Virus record (IMG/VR): IMGVR_UViG_3300010400_000005
Span: 7,352-71,351 of that record
Source of the DNA: a virus
Direction: 5' to 3' (one strand)
Length of the DNA: 64,000 nucleotides
A program made the translations under genes and the position numbers. Numbering within the stretch: position 1 is the first letter of the stretch; each line of letters opens with the position of its first letter. The notes under the pieces were generated by a model. It was not told where the DNA came from. It made no database searches and was given only the letters and a program-made list of their open reading frames with translations. Below are positions 18,505-29,543 of the stretch, in pieces.

Positions 18505-19944
18505 ATGGCAAGAGGAGTAGGACTTGGCGTAGGATTAGGCATTGAACAAGCAACTAGAAATTTTCTAGATACTTATTTTGCTACTAAAAGACATAAAGAA
18601 GAGAACAAATATAGAAAACTAGCGCCAATAATGCAAATTATTTATTCTCAGATTCAAGACGAAAAGACTCCATTAGATCAGAAAATAAAAGCAATGGATT
18701 CTCTTGCTCCTTTACTTAATATAAAAACTGATATTCCACTTTCAAAGCAGCTAGGATTAGATAAATTAGCAGAACAAGGAATTGATATTGGTGAAGAAAG
18801 TACTCCTGCTCAGGCTGGTAAATCAATAGAGGATCAAGGTGCTGTTGATTTTAATAAGCAACAACAGCAAAGTAATGTAGAACAGATTAACCCTGATTTG
18901 CTAAGTACAAATTCTACTTTAGCTACTAATATTCAAACTAAAGGAACTCAAGCAACCACTAAAAAGTTATTGCGCCGAAGAGGCGAAATGTCTGCTGCTG
19001 ATATTGACCTTATACAAAGAAAGCAATTAATATCTGCACAACAATCTGATGAATTTGAAAGACAATATAAACTTGCTCTGTTAAATGCAAACTTACAAGA
19101 GCGAGTAATGAATAAGCAAGGATGGAAAAATAATGGTGATTGGACTTATGATAATGAAACTAAATCATGGCAACAAGAATGGTTTAATCCAATAACTAAA
19201 GAAAGTTATCAGCAGAAATTACAACCAGGAGTTGTTCCTGAAACTGTTATTCTTAAACAAATTCAAGCTGGTGGAAAATCCGGAAGTGGTGGAGTTTCTT
19301 TAGCTTATAAAACACTAAGACAATCTATTGCAACTACAATGGGAAAAGAAATAGATGACCCAGAAGTAGAATTGCAAACTGCTAAAATATGGAAGAATAA
19401 TTTTGCATTAGGTGTAATTAATAAGCAACAAGATGTAGAAGGAACCACACCAATACAACCAAATCAAAAATTTGGTAATAACATGCAGATTTTACAGGCA
19501 CAGCAAAAACATGGAGAGTTTGTTTCTGCTGCTCAAGCTTCTTTAGATAATGTAAATTCTCTATCTGCTAGGAAAGGCGCTGCTTGGCAAGCTGCTGCTG
19601 ATGCCAAAGCTAACTTTGATAAGATTAAAGAAGATTATGATCCTGATGAAAAGGAATATCAGCAAGCAGAAAATAACTGGCAAGGTGCAACTAAGACTGC
19701 AAATGATTTAGAGAGTGAATATCAGAATGCGCTTAAAGCACATAATAAAGCGCAGGAGTTAGTCAAGCAAAGTGAAAGTAATTTAAGTAAGGCTGGAGTT
19801 GATTTAAATGCTTCACCTGAATCTCAGCAATTTTCACCGCGAATGCGCGTAGCTATAGATGCTGTAAGAAAAGCTAATCCAAATACCAAATTAACAGACG
19901 CACAAATAGCAGAGAGAATTCGAGCAGAAAAAGGAATTCAATAG
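18505..19944 (+). CDS. Putative internal virion (ejection) protein
   Basis: MARGVGLGVGLG start, Q/K-rich coiled coil, AGGAG RBS, synteny. Confidence 0.55.
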   Translation: MARGVGLGVGLGIEQATRNFLDTYFATKRHKEENKYRKLAPIMQIIYSQIQDEKTPLDQKIKAMDSLAPLLNIKTDIPLSKQLGLDKLAEQGIDIGEESTPAQAGKSIEDQGAVDFNKQQQQSNVEQINPDLLSTNSTLATNIQTKGTQATTKKLLRRRGEMSAADIDLIQRKQLISAQQSDEFERQYKLALLNANLQERVMNKQGWKNNGDWTYDNETKSWQQEWFNPITKESYQQKLQPGVVPETVILKQIQAGGKSGSGGVSLAYKTLRQSIATTMGKEIDDPEVELQTAKIWKNNFALGVINKQQDVEGTTPIQPNQKFGNNMQILQAQQKHGEFVSAAQASLDNVNSLSARKGAAWQAAADAKANFDKIKEDYDPDEKEYQQAENNWQGATKTANDLESEYQNALKAHNKAQELVKQSESNLSKAGVDLNASPESQQFSPRMRVAIDAVRKANPNTKLTDAQIAERIRAEKGIQ

Positions 19945-19950
19945 GTAATC

Positions 19951-22900
19951 ATGCCTACAATTCTTCCCTCAAATACAAGTGATGATCTTGATCTCTCAGT
20001 TTTAGATTCATTTAATTTCAATGAACTAGAGCAGCAAGATCAAACTCCTGCCAAAAAGAAGAGCGAAACTGAATCAGAATCTCTAGATTTATCTTCTTTA
20101 GATAATTTATTTCCAAAAGAGATTCAACCATTATCCTTACCACCTTCCAAAATTACTTCTGGATTTGGAAAGAGAAAAGATCCATATGGACTTGGCGTTA
20201 AGTTCCATAATGGAGTTGATATTCCAATTGCTCTTAATACTCCCATTAACTCTCTAGGAAAAGGCACTGTTATAGAAGTTGGAGATAGTGGAAATAAAAG
20301 CTATGGAAGATTTGTAAAAGTAGATTATGGTGGTGGATTAGTTTTAACTTATGGACATTTGAATAAAGTAGGAGTTGAAGCTGGAGATAGAATTTCCAGT
20401 GAAGCAGTAGTTGGTTTATCTGGATCTACTGGAAGATCAAAAGGTCCACATCTTCATATAAAAGCAGAACTTAATGGTAAACCTGTAAATCCTGTAGATT
20501 ATTTTGGAAGCATACATGATGTTGCTATTGGTGCTCTTTCAACAGATGATGTTGTTAATGAAGCTAAATTAGATCTTTCTGTACTTGATAATCTTGATGA
20601 AAATATAATTAAAGCAGAAGAAAATAAAGAGGAACTGGATTTATCTCCAGTTGATCAAATTGGTGAATTTAATATTAAAGATTTAAAACCATTAGAAGAG
20701 AAACCATTTGTAGATAGAAGAACTATTGAAGAAAAAATTGCTGCTGGTGCTGCTGCTTTGCATCAACCTAATATTACTGGCGCAAATCCAAATCAATTAA
20801 CTGGAGATAGAATTACTACTATTATTCCAGTTAAAGGAGTTAATCGACCAGATATTAATACAATAACTGATTATTGGTTAGGCGCAATTGATCCCAATTA
20901 CTCTCAAGTCAATCAAGAATATCGTGCGCAAACAGGTAGAAATCTAATTGAATTTACAGGCAGTGCAGAACCTATAGGAGATCATAAATATAAATTAACT
21001 GCGCGAATGACTAAGGGTGCGACTGATTTAATTAATGCTTACATAGAAGGAAGGAGTAAAGGCGGACCACAAGCTGGATGGGAAGCAGCTTATTTAAAAT
21101 CACAACAAATAAAAAGAGAAGAGCAAGCTGTTAGAAAACAAATAGAAGCTGCTAAGCAAGCCAATGTAAATGTATTGGCAGAAAAGCATCCTTATATAAA
21201 AACTGCTTTTAATATTTTATCTCCAGCAACTTTGATTGATGAAAATGCAATTAAATCTGGAATCAGCCAAGCTGGTCTTGCTGATGCACAACTAATTCAT
21301 AATCTTAGAATGCTTCCTGAAGCTTTATATACTTTATATAGATATGGTGGCGATTCGCAACAATATCAAGATTTAATTGATAAAGATAGAGAAATACAGA
21401 AGAATCTATTCGGCTATCAGAACGAAATCAAACAACCAGAAAGTCTAAGTGAGAAAGTTGGCGCTGGAATTGTTACTGGTGCTATATCATTTCCAAAATA
21501 TGCACTTGCTGGAAGTTTAGGCATTGGTGCATTACCTACTCTAACTTATGTAGAAAATCTTCATAGAGGAAATATAGAAGCAGCTAAGGCAGCCTTGCCT
21601 ATGGCATTAATGGTGGGAGCTACACATGGATTAGATAGTTTCTTTAATAAAGGAACTTCTCTTTATATTACTAAAGAGAAAAATGGAGTTCCTTATATTG
21701 AAAGAATAGAAGTTAGTAGGGGACAAGGTAGTGCAGCACCTTTTACAAAGTCTAAAGTTGAATATAATACATCATTATCTGAATGGATGCAACATTTAAG
21801 AAACTATTCTGATGATACAGTTATAGATGCATTTGCTTCTGCTCCACCTACTTCTATAGAGTCAATTTCTCCATTAACGCGACAATTCTTAATGAGAGGA
21901 ACTAATGCTATCTTAGGTGGAGGAACTACCTTAGTTGAAGGTGGAAATGCTCAAGATGTTGCAAGTAATTTTATTGTAGGATTAACTTTCCCGGTTGGTA
22001 AATACAAGGTTGGAGGATTAGAAGAAGGAAGATTTGGATTAATTCCTTATGTTCCTTCTAAAGAAATTATTAATGCTGCGCCTTTACAATTAGGACAAAA
22101 GAAGGTTTTAATTCCTGTTACTAAGGGTGGAGATATAATTGAAAGTGACAGGAAAACTTTATCTATAGATCCATTGGCTAGTAAATTAGAGAAAGGATTT
22201 CAAGCTAGAAGTGAAGGGCAGACTCTTTACTTGAATTTAGATACTGCTGCGCTTAATTTGCTCGATCTAAGACGTGCTGTTGCAGAAAAGAAATTGGGCG
22301 GAGCTAATGTTAAAGATGCACTTAATCGGCAAATTTCTGCATTTGCTGCTATTTCTTTACTAGAGAAACAGATTCCTAAAGAGATAATAGATTATTTTGA
22401 GAAGAATGAAGATCTCATTAGAGCAGGATTGAGAACAAATTGGGAGGCTGTTAGAGCTAAAGAAGAATACTTAGGAAATAAAGAAGTAACTCAAGTTCCA
22501 GTTAATCCTGATCAAATTAAAGAAAATCCAAGCATTAATCTAAAGGAAACTCCTGTCCAAAGATTAATGCGAGTTATTCAAAGAGTTGGAAACATTAGAG
22601 ATAATCCAGTTGCAGTAAGAGAAGCTGCTAAGGAAGTATTTGGTAATTCTGGTGAAATGAATACTTGGCAAACACCAGATAGAACTTTACTTGTATTTGA
22701 TCATCTACTTAATACTAAGTCAAAGGGAGGAAATACTTTAAGATCAGGGTTGGATTTAGCTGCTATTGGTAAAGATTTAGTGGAAGGTACTAAAGCAATT
22801 TGGGATTTAACGCAAATTTCTACTTTTTATCTAGAGGATTTTTATCATAGAAAAGTAGAAGCTAATGTAAGTGAATTTGCTAATAAATTAAGAATTGGTT

Positions 22901-25900
22901 TAGGTGATATTGTTAAGAATTTTACAGACGAAGATTTTCAAATTTTATTTCAAAAAGGAAAAGAATATTTAGATAGTAATGTAGCCGATCCATTTTTCTC
23001 TAGAATGAAGCAAGATGCTGTAGAGAAATTGCCTAATAGAATGACTGCTGAGCAAGCAAGAAATGTTTTATTACAGCACAAAGATGAACTTGAATGGACA
23101 AGTGGACTTGAGGAATTTTTAGAGAGTAATAAGGATAAGAAAATTAGTAAGCAAGATTTAGTTGATATTATTCAGAGAGGCCAAGTTAGGGTTGCTGAAA
23201 GTATAGCAGAAGAAAATCATCCTGAATTTGTTAAGATTGATCAGCAGTTAAAAGTCTTAGCTAGTGAGAGAGAAGAAGCTACAAGGAATCATGATGAAAA
23301 ATTAGCTGCTAAAATAACTGCTCAAATGTCAGATTTATGGAATGCACGTAAAAAGTTTGATGAAAATGTTCCTAAATATTCTTTAAATTCTTATCCATAC
23401 GAAAAACTAGAGCTTGCTGGAGCAAAGAATTCTAAAGAAGTCAAACTAATATCTCCACCAATGAATACTTTGGAATTCTTAGCAGATCACCCAGAAATTC
23501 CAATTGATGTTACAAAATATAAATCTCCACATTGGGATGAAGGAAATATAGTCGCACATTATCGAGCTAATGATAGAATTTCTACTGATAATAAAAGGAT
23601 TTATTTTGGAGAGGAATTTCAAAGTGATTGGAACCATGATATTAGAGAGAAAGGATTAAGATTATCTCCACAAGAACAAATTAGATATAATGAATTAAAT
23701 GAGAAATATCAAAGAGTTGAACTTACAAAAGAAGAAACAGAAGAATATGCACGATTTAATGATAGACGATCATCATTAAGAGGCGCAGTAGAACCAAATC
23801 CTTTCATGCAACATAATTGGAAGGAATTAGTTCTTAAAAGATTCTTAAGAGATGCTGCTATTGCTAAAGATGAAAATGGAAATTATAAATATGATGCTAT
23901 AGGATGGACTACTGCGAGACAGCAACAGGAGAGATATGGTGGAATTTTAGAAGGAAAATATTTTAATTGGAAGAAAAATGCTGATGGTACTTATTCATTT
24001 GATATGGGAATGCCTGGACATGGAAATTATCAATCTCCACACGAACTTCAAAATATTTCTCTAGAAAGATTTGCAGAACTTACAACTAAAGAAGCAGCGC
24101 AAGAAGTTAGGGATCAGGAAGCTAAACAACAAGCTGAATTAGAAGCATTAACTAAACAAAGAGATATAATTCGTGGAGTTCCATCTACTGATAATTACGA
24201 ATTACCAATTGATGTTGAAGTCAAAAACAAGAGTAAATTCAAAGGTCAATTCTCTCTCAAAGAAGCAGTAGAACTTCGTTCAGGAATTGGAAAATATTCT
24301 GATTATGATGTTGCTTATAAGAATATTGTAAGTAAAATTGGAAAGAGATTTGGGGCGAAATATAGTGAGAGAGAAATAATTACTGGCACTAAAACAGGTA
24401 AGGAAAGTTTCTGGAGCTTAGGTAGAGCATTAGAAGCTTTAGAAAATGGTGAGGAAGTATATGGATATACTAAAGATGGAGAATGGAAACAGATAACAGA
24501 AAGGCAATCTTTTGATAACTATACTTTATTTGCAACTGAAAAAGAAATAGCAAAAGAGAAGGTACATTCTCTAGAAATAACTCCTTCAATGCGTGAATCT
24601 TTATCTAAAGAAGGACTTCCTTTATATGGAACTGGTGGAAGTGAAATTCTTAAATATGCAGAAACTGGAGTTAGAAATAGAATTGTAACTGCTGATGCAT
24701 TTAATTCTGCTAGAGAGGATCTTATTAATAAATTATATGGAGAATTATATCATGGTTCACGATACGAGTTTGACATAGCTCATGCAACTGGACGACACCC
24801 TGAAGGGTGGACTTATTTTACTAATAATTTAGAATATGCAAAAAGAATAACGCAGATAAAACAAACCTCTGCTAACTCTAGTGCTATCTATGCAGATATA
24901 CCTATAGTATATAAGGCAGAAAAACCACCAATAAAAGCACCTTTAGACTTGAGAGATTTGAATATATCATTTACTGGAAAAGAATTTATTACCCTTTTAG
25001 AAAATAGAAGTATTCATTTGTCTGAGAACTTAAAGAATCAAATGACAAAATTTGATTCTAAGGATGATATGATAACTTGGTTGCGTGATCCTAATCTTAG
25101 AATGGAACTGCGCGAACAGGCAACTAAGAATAATTATGATGGAATAATAATTAAAGATTCTATAGGTGATATAGTTGGCGATTCTTATATAGCGTTTAAT
25201 CCAACTCCAGTTTCTAAGCATTCAACTATTTTTAATTCTGGCTTAAATCCAGATGCTTTCATAGATCAAATTAAGTTATTATATTCTGGAATTAGAGATC
25301 TAACTGAATTTACAAATAGCTTAGTTGAAAGATATGGCGAACCAATTCGTCAACATGCAGAAGATTTCTATTTCGCTATTAAACAACAAGCTGCTGATTT
25401 TAAAGAAAGGCTTTCTATTCCCATTGAAAGATGGTCTGATAATTTAAAACAAGATGAAAATTCTCCAGCTTGGCAGATTCGAGAGTTTATTAAAGACGAA
25501 GAAGGTGCGCTTAAACTTCCTAAGTTTCTACGTAAAGATAAAATTCCTGAACTAGAGAATTATTTAAAAGATCCTGAGAGTCATCAAAAGCCAATTGGAT
25601 TAGATTATAGAGCATGGCTTAGAGGCGTTGCATTGGCGCAAATTTCTGATAAGTTTGGTAGTGTCTATGATACAATGCGAACTTTGCAGAGAGTTGTTGC
25701 AGGATATGAAACTAATACTTTGAACGAATTGATGGTTGCTAAGAAACTATTAAAAACTAAAGGATTAGATAAACAAGTAGCAGAAGCAATTTATCAAGGC
25801 AATGAATGGATAGATCCCGCAACTGGAGATCATAAAGGAAAAATTTGGACAGATCCAGAACTAATCGCTAATTTTGGCCTTAATCTACAGCAAGTTGATG

Positions 25901-27930
25901 CTTATAAGAATATTCGTGCAGCTATTGATAATGTTTTAAATTTAAGATTAGAAGGAAAACTATACGCAGTTAGAGAGAAAGCCACTAAACTAACTGCTAA
26001 GTTGGCTACTGTAACTCCAGGTTCTCCAGAAGAAATAGCAATTAAAACTCAATTATTAGATTTGGCAGATGCACAAACTAAGATGATTTCTTATTATGAT
26101 GATCTTAAATCATCTGGTTATATAACTTTACAAAGAAAAGGAAACATTGCTGTTTACTTAGAAGATCCTGCCTATCCTGTAGGAGACCCTAATAGGAAAA
26201 TATATAATCAATTTCAATCTAGAAATCAAGCTGTTAAATGGATTGAAGCGCAGAAAGCAGCTTTAGGCATTGCTAAAAATACTGTAGCTGGGCGAATGTA
26301 TGATATTAAGAATCTAAAAGATATTGTACTTAAAGAACAATTAACTCCTTCACAATTTGAAGATTTAGTAGATAGATCAGGTGCTCATACTACTGATGCA
26401 GAAATAGAGAAAATCCGCGCTGAAGTTTACTCTAAGTTTCCATCTTTTACATATCAATTAAAAAGAGATTTTGTTAGAGGTTATGATAGAGATTTACAAA
26501 CTGCGCTTAACTCGACGGTTAATCAGCTAGAGTTATATGCTTCTTCCTTCTATTCTAAAGTTGGAAGAGAAGAAGGACTTAAAGCTTTAGAAGCTACTGG
26601 AATTGAGAAAACAGATCCTAATCTTTACAGAATAACAAGTTCTTATATTGCAGATGAAACTTCTGCTGCTAATTTAAATTGGCTAAGTAAAGCTGCAATT
26701 ACCGCTAGAAGAGGAACTTATTTATTTCAATTAGGTTTCGACGTAAATCAATTATGGATGAACGCGGTCGCTCAACCTATCACACAAACTTATCAATACT
26801 TTTATAGAATTACAGATCCCTCTGGAAGTGGTAAACAATTAACTGGATTAGAACCAGAACATTTCTTTATAAAGGCAGCTAAGGAAACTTTAAATTGGAG
26901 AAGGGGAAAATCTTCTACAGAATTTAATGATATAGTTAAAAGATTAGTAGATGAAAAAGTTTTATCTCCAGAATTTACAAAAACATTTATTGAATCTCAA
27001 GTAGGTACTGGTAAGAGTTCCAAGATAGAACATTGGGCAAGTGTTTTCATGCGAGAGGGAGAGAAGCAAACTAGATTACATGCTGCTGCTGAAGGATACT
27101 TTGTTGGTAAAGAAAAGTTTGGATTAGCTGGCGATGAACTTATTAATTTTATAGTAAAAGCTGTAGATGCAACACAATCTAATCCAACTCGTGGCGAAAA
27201 TCCGTTTATAATTCGTCAACTAGGAGAAGGTGGAAAATTATTCTATCAATTTGGTGCATTTAATCAAATGTGGTGGGAGAATTTAGCATTAGGAGTTAAA
27301 CAAAATAAGGGAATTGCTAGAAAATCTTTATTCTTAGCGAGAGACTTAGCTCCATTAGCAATTATGGGAGGAATTTCAGCTTTACCTTTATCCATGTTTG
27401 CTGGAAGTATGTATACTTTAGTAACTGGAAGAGATCCTAAGAAAGATTGGGATAAATATTTAGGTGATGATACTTTAATTGAACAACTTGCTAGATATGG
27501 AATTTTAACTTCTGCTGCAATTAGTAGAAAACTATCTCCGCAAGTTCCTATTATAGATAGTGCAATTCAAACTTTAACTTCTCCTACAGCAGATTCATTA
27601 GGTGATACATTTTCTGAAAACATTCCATTCTTTGCAACCGCTGAGCAAATTAGAAGGGGAATTTCTCAAGTAGCAGGTGGAGATTATTTTAAAGGAATAA
27701 TTAATCTTTCTCCTAGAGCACTCAGAGGACCACTGAAAATGGTACAAACTTCTAATGAAGGATACAAAGCAGGAGAAGATACAACTTTATCAAGAAGAAA
27801 GATAACTCCAGTACAAAAGGTTGGACAATTTATTAATATTTCTCCATCTCCAGTCGTTGAATATTATGATAAAGAAAGAACTAAGAAGTTGAAGAAGGCA
27901 AATAGAAAATTAAGGAAGGTACTACGTTAA
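19951..27930 (+). CDS. Giant polyvalent ejection protein with M23 peptidase and ART-like domain
   Basis: ITSGFG.R..FHNGVDI..YGHL..STGRSKGPHLH (M23, about 20150-20505); LYHGS..YFT....YA..YDGIII..YIAFNP (ART-like, about 24745-25203). Confidence 0.8.
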   Translation: MPTILPSNTSDDLDLSVLDSFNFNELEQQDQTPAKKKSETESESLDLSSLDNLFPKEIQPLSLPPSKITSGFGKRKDPYGLGVKFHNGVDIPIALNTPINSLGKGTVIEVGDSGNKSYGRFVKVDYGGGLVLTYGHLNKVGVEAGDRISSEAVVGLSGSTGRSKGPHLHIKAELNGKPVNPVDYFGSIHDVAIGALSTDDVVNEAKLDLSVLDNLDENIIKAEENKEELDLSPVDQIGEFNIKDLKPLEEKPFVDRRTIEEKIAAGAAALHQPNITGANPNQLTGDRITTIIPVKGVNRPDINTITDYWLGAIDPNYSQVNQEYRAQTGRNLIEFTGSAEPIGDHKYKLTARMTKGATDLINAYIEGRSKGGPQAGWEAAYLKSQQIKREEQAVRKQIEAAKQANVNVLAEKHPYIKTAFNILSPATLIDENAIKSGISQAGLADAQLIHNLRMLPEALYTLYRYGGDSQQYQDLIDKDREIQKNLFGYQNEIKQPESLSEKVGAGIVTGAISFPKYALAGSLGIGALPTLTYVENLHRGNIEAAKAALPMALMVGATHGLDSFFNKGTSLYITKEKNGVPYIERIEVSRGQGSAAPFTKSKVEYNTSLSEWMQHLRNYSDDTVIDAFASAPPTSIESISPLTRQFLMRGTNAILGGGTTLVEGGNAQDVASNFIVGLTFPVGKYKVGGLEEGRFGLIPYVPSKEIINAAPLQLGQKKVLIPVTKGGDIIESDRKTLSIDPLASKLEKGFQARSEGQTLYLNLDTAALNLLDLRRAVAEKKLGGANVKDALNRQISAFAAISLLEKQIPKEIIDYFEKNEDLIRAGLRTNWEAVRAKEEYLGNKEVTQVPVNPDQIKENPSINLKETPVQRLMRVIQRVGNIRDNPVAVREAAKEVFGNSGEMNTWQTPDRTLLVFDHLLNTKSKGGNTLRSGLDLAAIGKDLVEGTKAIWDLTQISTFYLEDFYHRKVEANVSEFANKLRIGLGDIVKNFTDEDFQILFQKGKEYLDSNVADPFFSRMKQDAVEKLPNRMTAEQARNVLLQHKDELEWTSGLEEFLESNKDKKISKQDLVDIIQRGQVRVAESIAEENHPEFVKIDQQLKVLASEREEATRNHDEKLAAKITAQMSDLWNARKKFDENVPKYSLNSYPYEKLELAGAKNSKEVKLISPPMNTLEFLADHPEIPIDVTKYKSPHWDEGNIVAHYRANDRISTDNKRIYFGEEFQSDWNHDIREKGLRLSPQEQIRYNELNEKYQRVELTKEETEEYARFNDRRSSLRGAVEPNPFMQHNWKELVLKRFLRDAAIAKDENGNYKYDAIGWTTARQQQERYGGILEGKYFNWKKNADGTYSFDMGMPGHGNYQSPHELQNISLERFAELTTKEAAQEVRDQEAKQQAELEALTKQRDIIRGVPSTDNYELPIDVEVKNKSKFKGQFSLKEAVELRSGIGKYSDYDVAYKNIVSKIGKRFGAKYSEREIITGTKTGKESFWSLGRALEALENGEEVYGYTKDGEWKQITERQSFDNYTLFATEKEIAKEKVHSLEITPSMRESLSKEGLPLYGTGGSEILKYAETGVRNRIVTADAFNSAREDLINKLYGELYHGSRYEFDIAHATGRHPEGWTYFTNNLEYAKRITQIKQTSANSSAIYADIPIVYKAEKPPIKAPLDLRDLNISFTGKEFITLLENRSIHLSENLKNQMTKFDSKDDMITWLRDPNLRMELREQATKNNYDGIIIKDSIGDIVGDSYIAFNPTPVSKHSTIFNSGLNPDAFIDQIKLLYSGIRDLTEFTNSLVERYGEPIRQHAEDFYFAIKQQAADFKERLSIPIERWSDNLKQDENSPAWQIREFIKDEEGALKLPKFLRKDKIPELENYLKDPESHQKPIGLDYRAWLRGVALAQISDKFGSVYDTMRTLQRVVAGYETNTLNELMVAKKLLKTKGLDKQVAEAIYQGNEWIDPATGDHKGKIWTDPELIANFGLNLQQVDAYKNIRAAIDNVLNLRLEGKLYAVREKATKLTAKLATVTPGSPEEIAIKTQLLDLADAQTKMISYYDDLKSSGYITLQRKGNIAVYLEDPAYPVGDPNRKIYNQFQSRNQAVKWIEAQKAALGIAKNTVAGRMYDIKNLKDIVLKEQLTPSQFEDLVDRSGAHTTDAEIEKIRAEVYSKFPSFTYQLKRDFVRGYDRDLQTALNSTVNQLELYASSFYSKVGREEGLKALEATGIEKTDPNLYRITSSYIADETSAANLNWLSKAAITARRGTYLFQLGFDVNQLWMNAVAQPITQTYQYFYRITDPSGSGKQLTGLEPEHFFIKAAKETLNWRRGKSSTEFNDIVKRLVDEKVLSPEFTKTFIESQVGTGKSSKIEHWASVFMREGEKQTRLHAAAEGYFVGKEKFGLAGDELINFIVKAVDATQSNPTRGENPFIIRQLGEGGKLFYQFGAFNQMWWENLALGVKQNKGIARKSLFLARDLAPLAIMGGISALPLSMFAGSMYTLVTGRDPKKDWDKYLGDDTLIEQLARYGILTSAAISRKLSPQVPIIDSAIQTLTSPTADSLGDTFSENIPFFATAEQIRRGISQVAGGDYFKGIINLSPRALRGPLKMVQTSNEGYKAGEDTTLSRRKITPVQKVGQFINISPSPVVEYYDKERTKKLKKANRKLRKVLR

Positions 27931-28335
27931 ATGCCCGATTCAATTGAAGGAATTGTTAGCAAACATTTGCAAGTAAAAAATGCAGCTTTAGAAATTCTTG
28001 ATGAATTATCAGAAGCAGTTATTATTGTAGATGAAGATGGAGTGATTCAATTCATAAATAGAAAAGCTGTACATTTGTTTAAATGGCCAAAAGCAATGAT
28101 AATGGGGAAAAAGCTAGAGGATACTCTTATTCCTGATATGCATAAAGATGTTCATGCAAATCATAGGAAAGAGTTTAATCGTTCCCCGCATCCTCGTCCT
28201 ATGCGTGGAGTTGAGGGAATGACCAGAACTGGTGAGAAATTGAACATAGATGTTTCTATTAATGCAGTTGAAACAGATGCAGGAAAGCTATCATTTGCAG
28301 TTATAAGAGAAAAAGTAGATGGAGCATCTAAGTAG
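27931..28335 (+). CDS. Stand-alone PAS domain protein
   Basis: ILDELSEAVIIVDEDGVIQFIN..LF.W....IMGK.L..LIP....VH..H..G.TRTGE...IDVSI....T..G....AVIRE is a complete PAS S-box. Confidence 0.85.
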   Translation: MPDSIEGIVSKHLQVKNAALEILDELSEAVIIVDEDGVIQFINRKAVHLFKWPKAMIMGKKLEDTLIPDMHKDVHANHRKEFNRSPHPRPMRGVEGMTRTGEKLNIDVSINAVETDAGKLSFAVIREKVDGASK

Positions 28336-28774
28336 TATACTAGCAAGTATAGCTGTTACTGCTGTAACAGGATTATTTATTTATGTATGGAATTCTAATT
28401 CAAAAATAACAACTTTAATTTCTCAGGTAGCCAAACTTCCAGATATTGAAAATGATTTAAAGATAATACGAGTTCTAGAGACTAAAGTTAATATTTTATA
28501 TGGATTTTGGGAGAAAGAAGTGCAAGCAGCAATAGCTATTGTTCACAAACCCCATCCAGAAGCTAAAGAGCTTGATGATCTTTTAGATAAATTTAAGATT
28601 TTAATGGACAAATTTAGTAATCAAACTCTAAGTGACGATGAACTTGTTAGACTTACACAATTGTTGGAAGGAATAAAAGATGATAATACTGCTTTGGCAG
28701 GTGATAGATTAGCTGCTAGTAGAGTTTTAAATTACATAGAAATGAGATACAAATTGATGCAGTTAGGAGTTTAA
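28319..28774 (+). CDS. Membrane-anchored protein
   Basis: N-terminal TM (ILASIAVTAVTGLFIYVW) followed by a helical domain. Confidence 0.6.
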   Translation: MEHLSSILASIAVTAVTGLFIYVWNSNSKITTLISQVAKLPDIENDLKIIRVLETKVNILYGFWEKEVQAAIAIVHKPHPEAKELDDLLDKFKILMDKFSNQTLSDDELVRLTQLLEGIKDDNTALAGDRLAASRVLNYIEMRYKLMQLGV

Positions 28775-28779
28775 CTCTG

Positions 28780-29184
28780 ATGCTTCCACAACTAAAGAGA
28801 GTTGATTACATTGCTGATCCAGATAAGCCTGTGTTAACTCACACCTTACTAAGAGACATAGTTAAAACAAGGATCAATAATATGGTTAATAGAGTAAAAG
28901 ATTCCCCTGTTACAACTTGGGCTGCTCCAGTTCTTTTGGGACTTATTTTAAGCTATACTGTCTATAACGGACAAGCAACTAACAATGAGCTAAAAGAACT
29001 TAATCGAGCAGTTGTTGTTTTACAAACTGAAAAAAATGAGCTTGAGAAACAAAATGAGAGAGAAAGACAAGAGAAATTTCAGCTTGTTAGAGAACAAGAA
29101 GCATGGAGGGAAAATTTGAAAAATAGCATTATAGAACTTCAATATGCACTTAAGGATAAGTTACCTAAACGAAGGGAGAATTGA
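28780..29184 (+). CDS. TM + coiled-coil protein (inner-spanin-like)
   Basis: TM WAAPVLLGLILSYTVY then E/K/Q coiled coil. Confidence 0.5.
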   Translation: MLPQLKRVDYIADPDKPVLTHTLLRDIVKTRINNMVNRVKDSPVTTWAAPVLLGLILSYTVYNGQATNNELKELNRAVVVLQTEKNELEKQNERERQEKFQLVREQEAWRENLKNSIIELQYALKDKLPKRREN

Positions 29185-29528
29185 AAATGGGAGCAGGTGC
29201 GTGTCAAATTATAATCACAAATGGTAATCTAGCATATGGTGTAGTAGAAAATCTTGCTGATGATTATAGGAACATCAGTACGATTAGTTTAGAAGCAGCA
29301 ATTAATGCTTCTTGTCAATCTACATTACATGCTTCTTTGTATTTTGTTGGTGAAGGAGCGTATCATAAAATTACAAGTGAGTACACTCAACCCATAATTG
29401 ACTTACATAATGAAATTATAAATGATCTTCCACTTGTTGAGAAGGGAAAGGTACAAGAAGCCATTGATGATTTGACGAATAAGCTGATAAGGGCAACTAA
29501 GAAATTAGCAGATTTGTTTGATGATTAG
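29181..29528 (+). CDS. Hypothetical protein
   Basis: 115-aa coupled ORF. Confidence 0.55.
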   Translation: MKMGAGACQIIITNGNLAYGVVENLADDYRNISTISLEAAINASCQSTLHASLYFVGEGAYHKITSEYTQPIIDLHNEIINDLPLVEKGKVQEAIDDLTNKLIRATKKLADLFDD

Positions 29529-29543
29529 GAGGAATTTTTAAAT

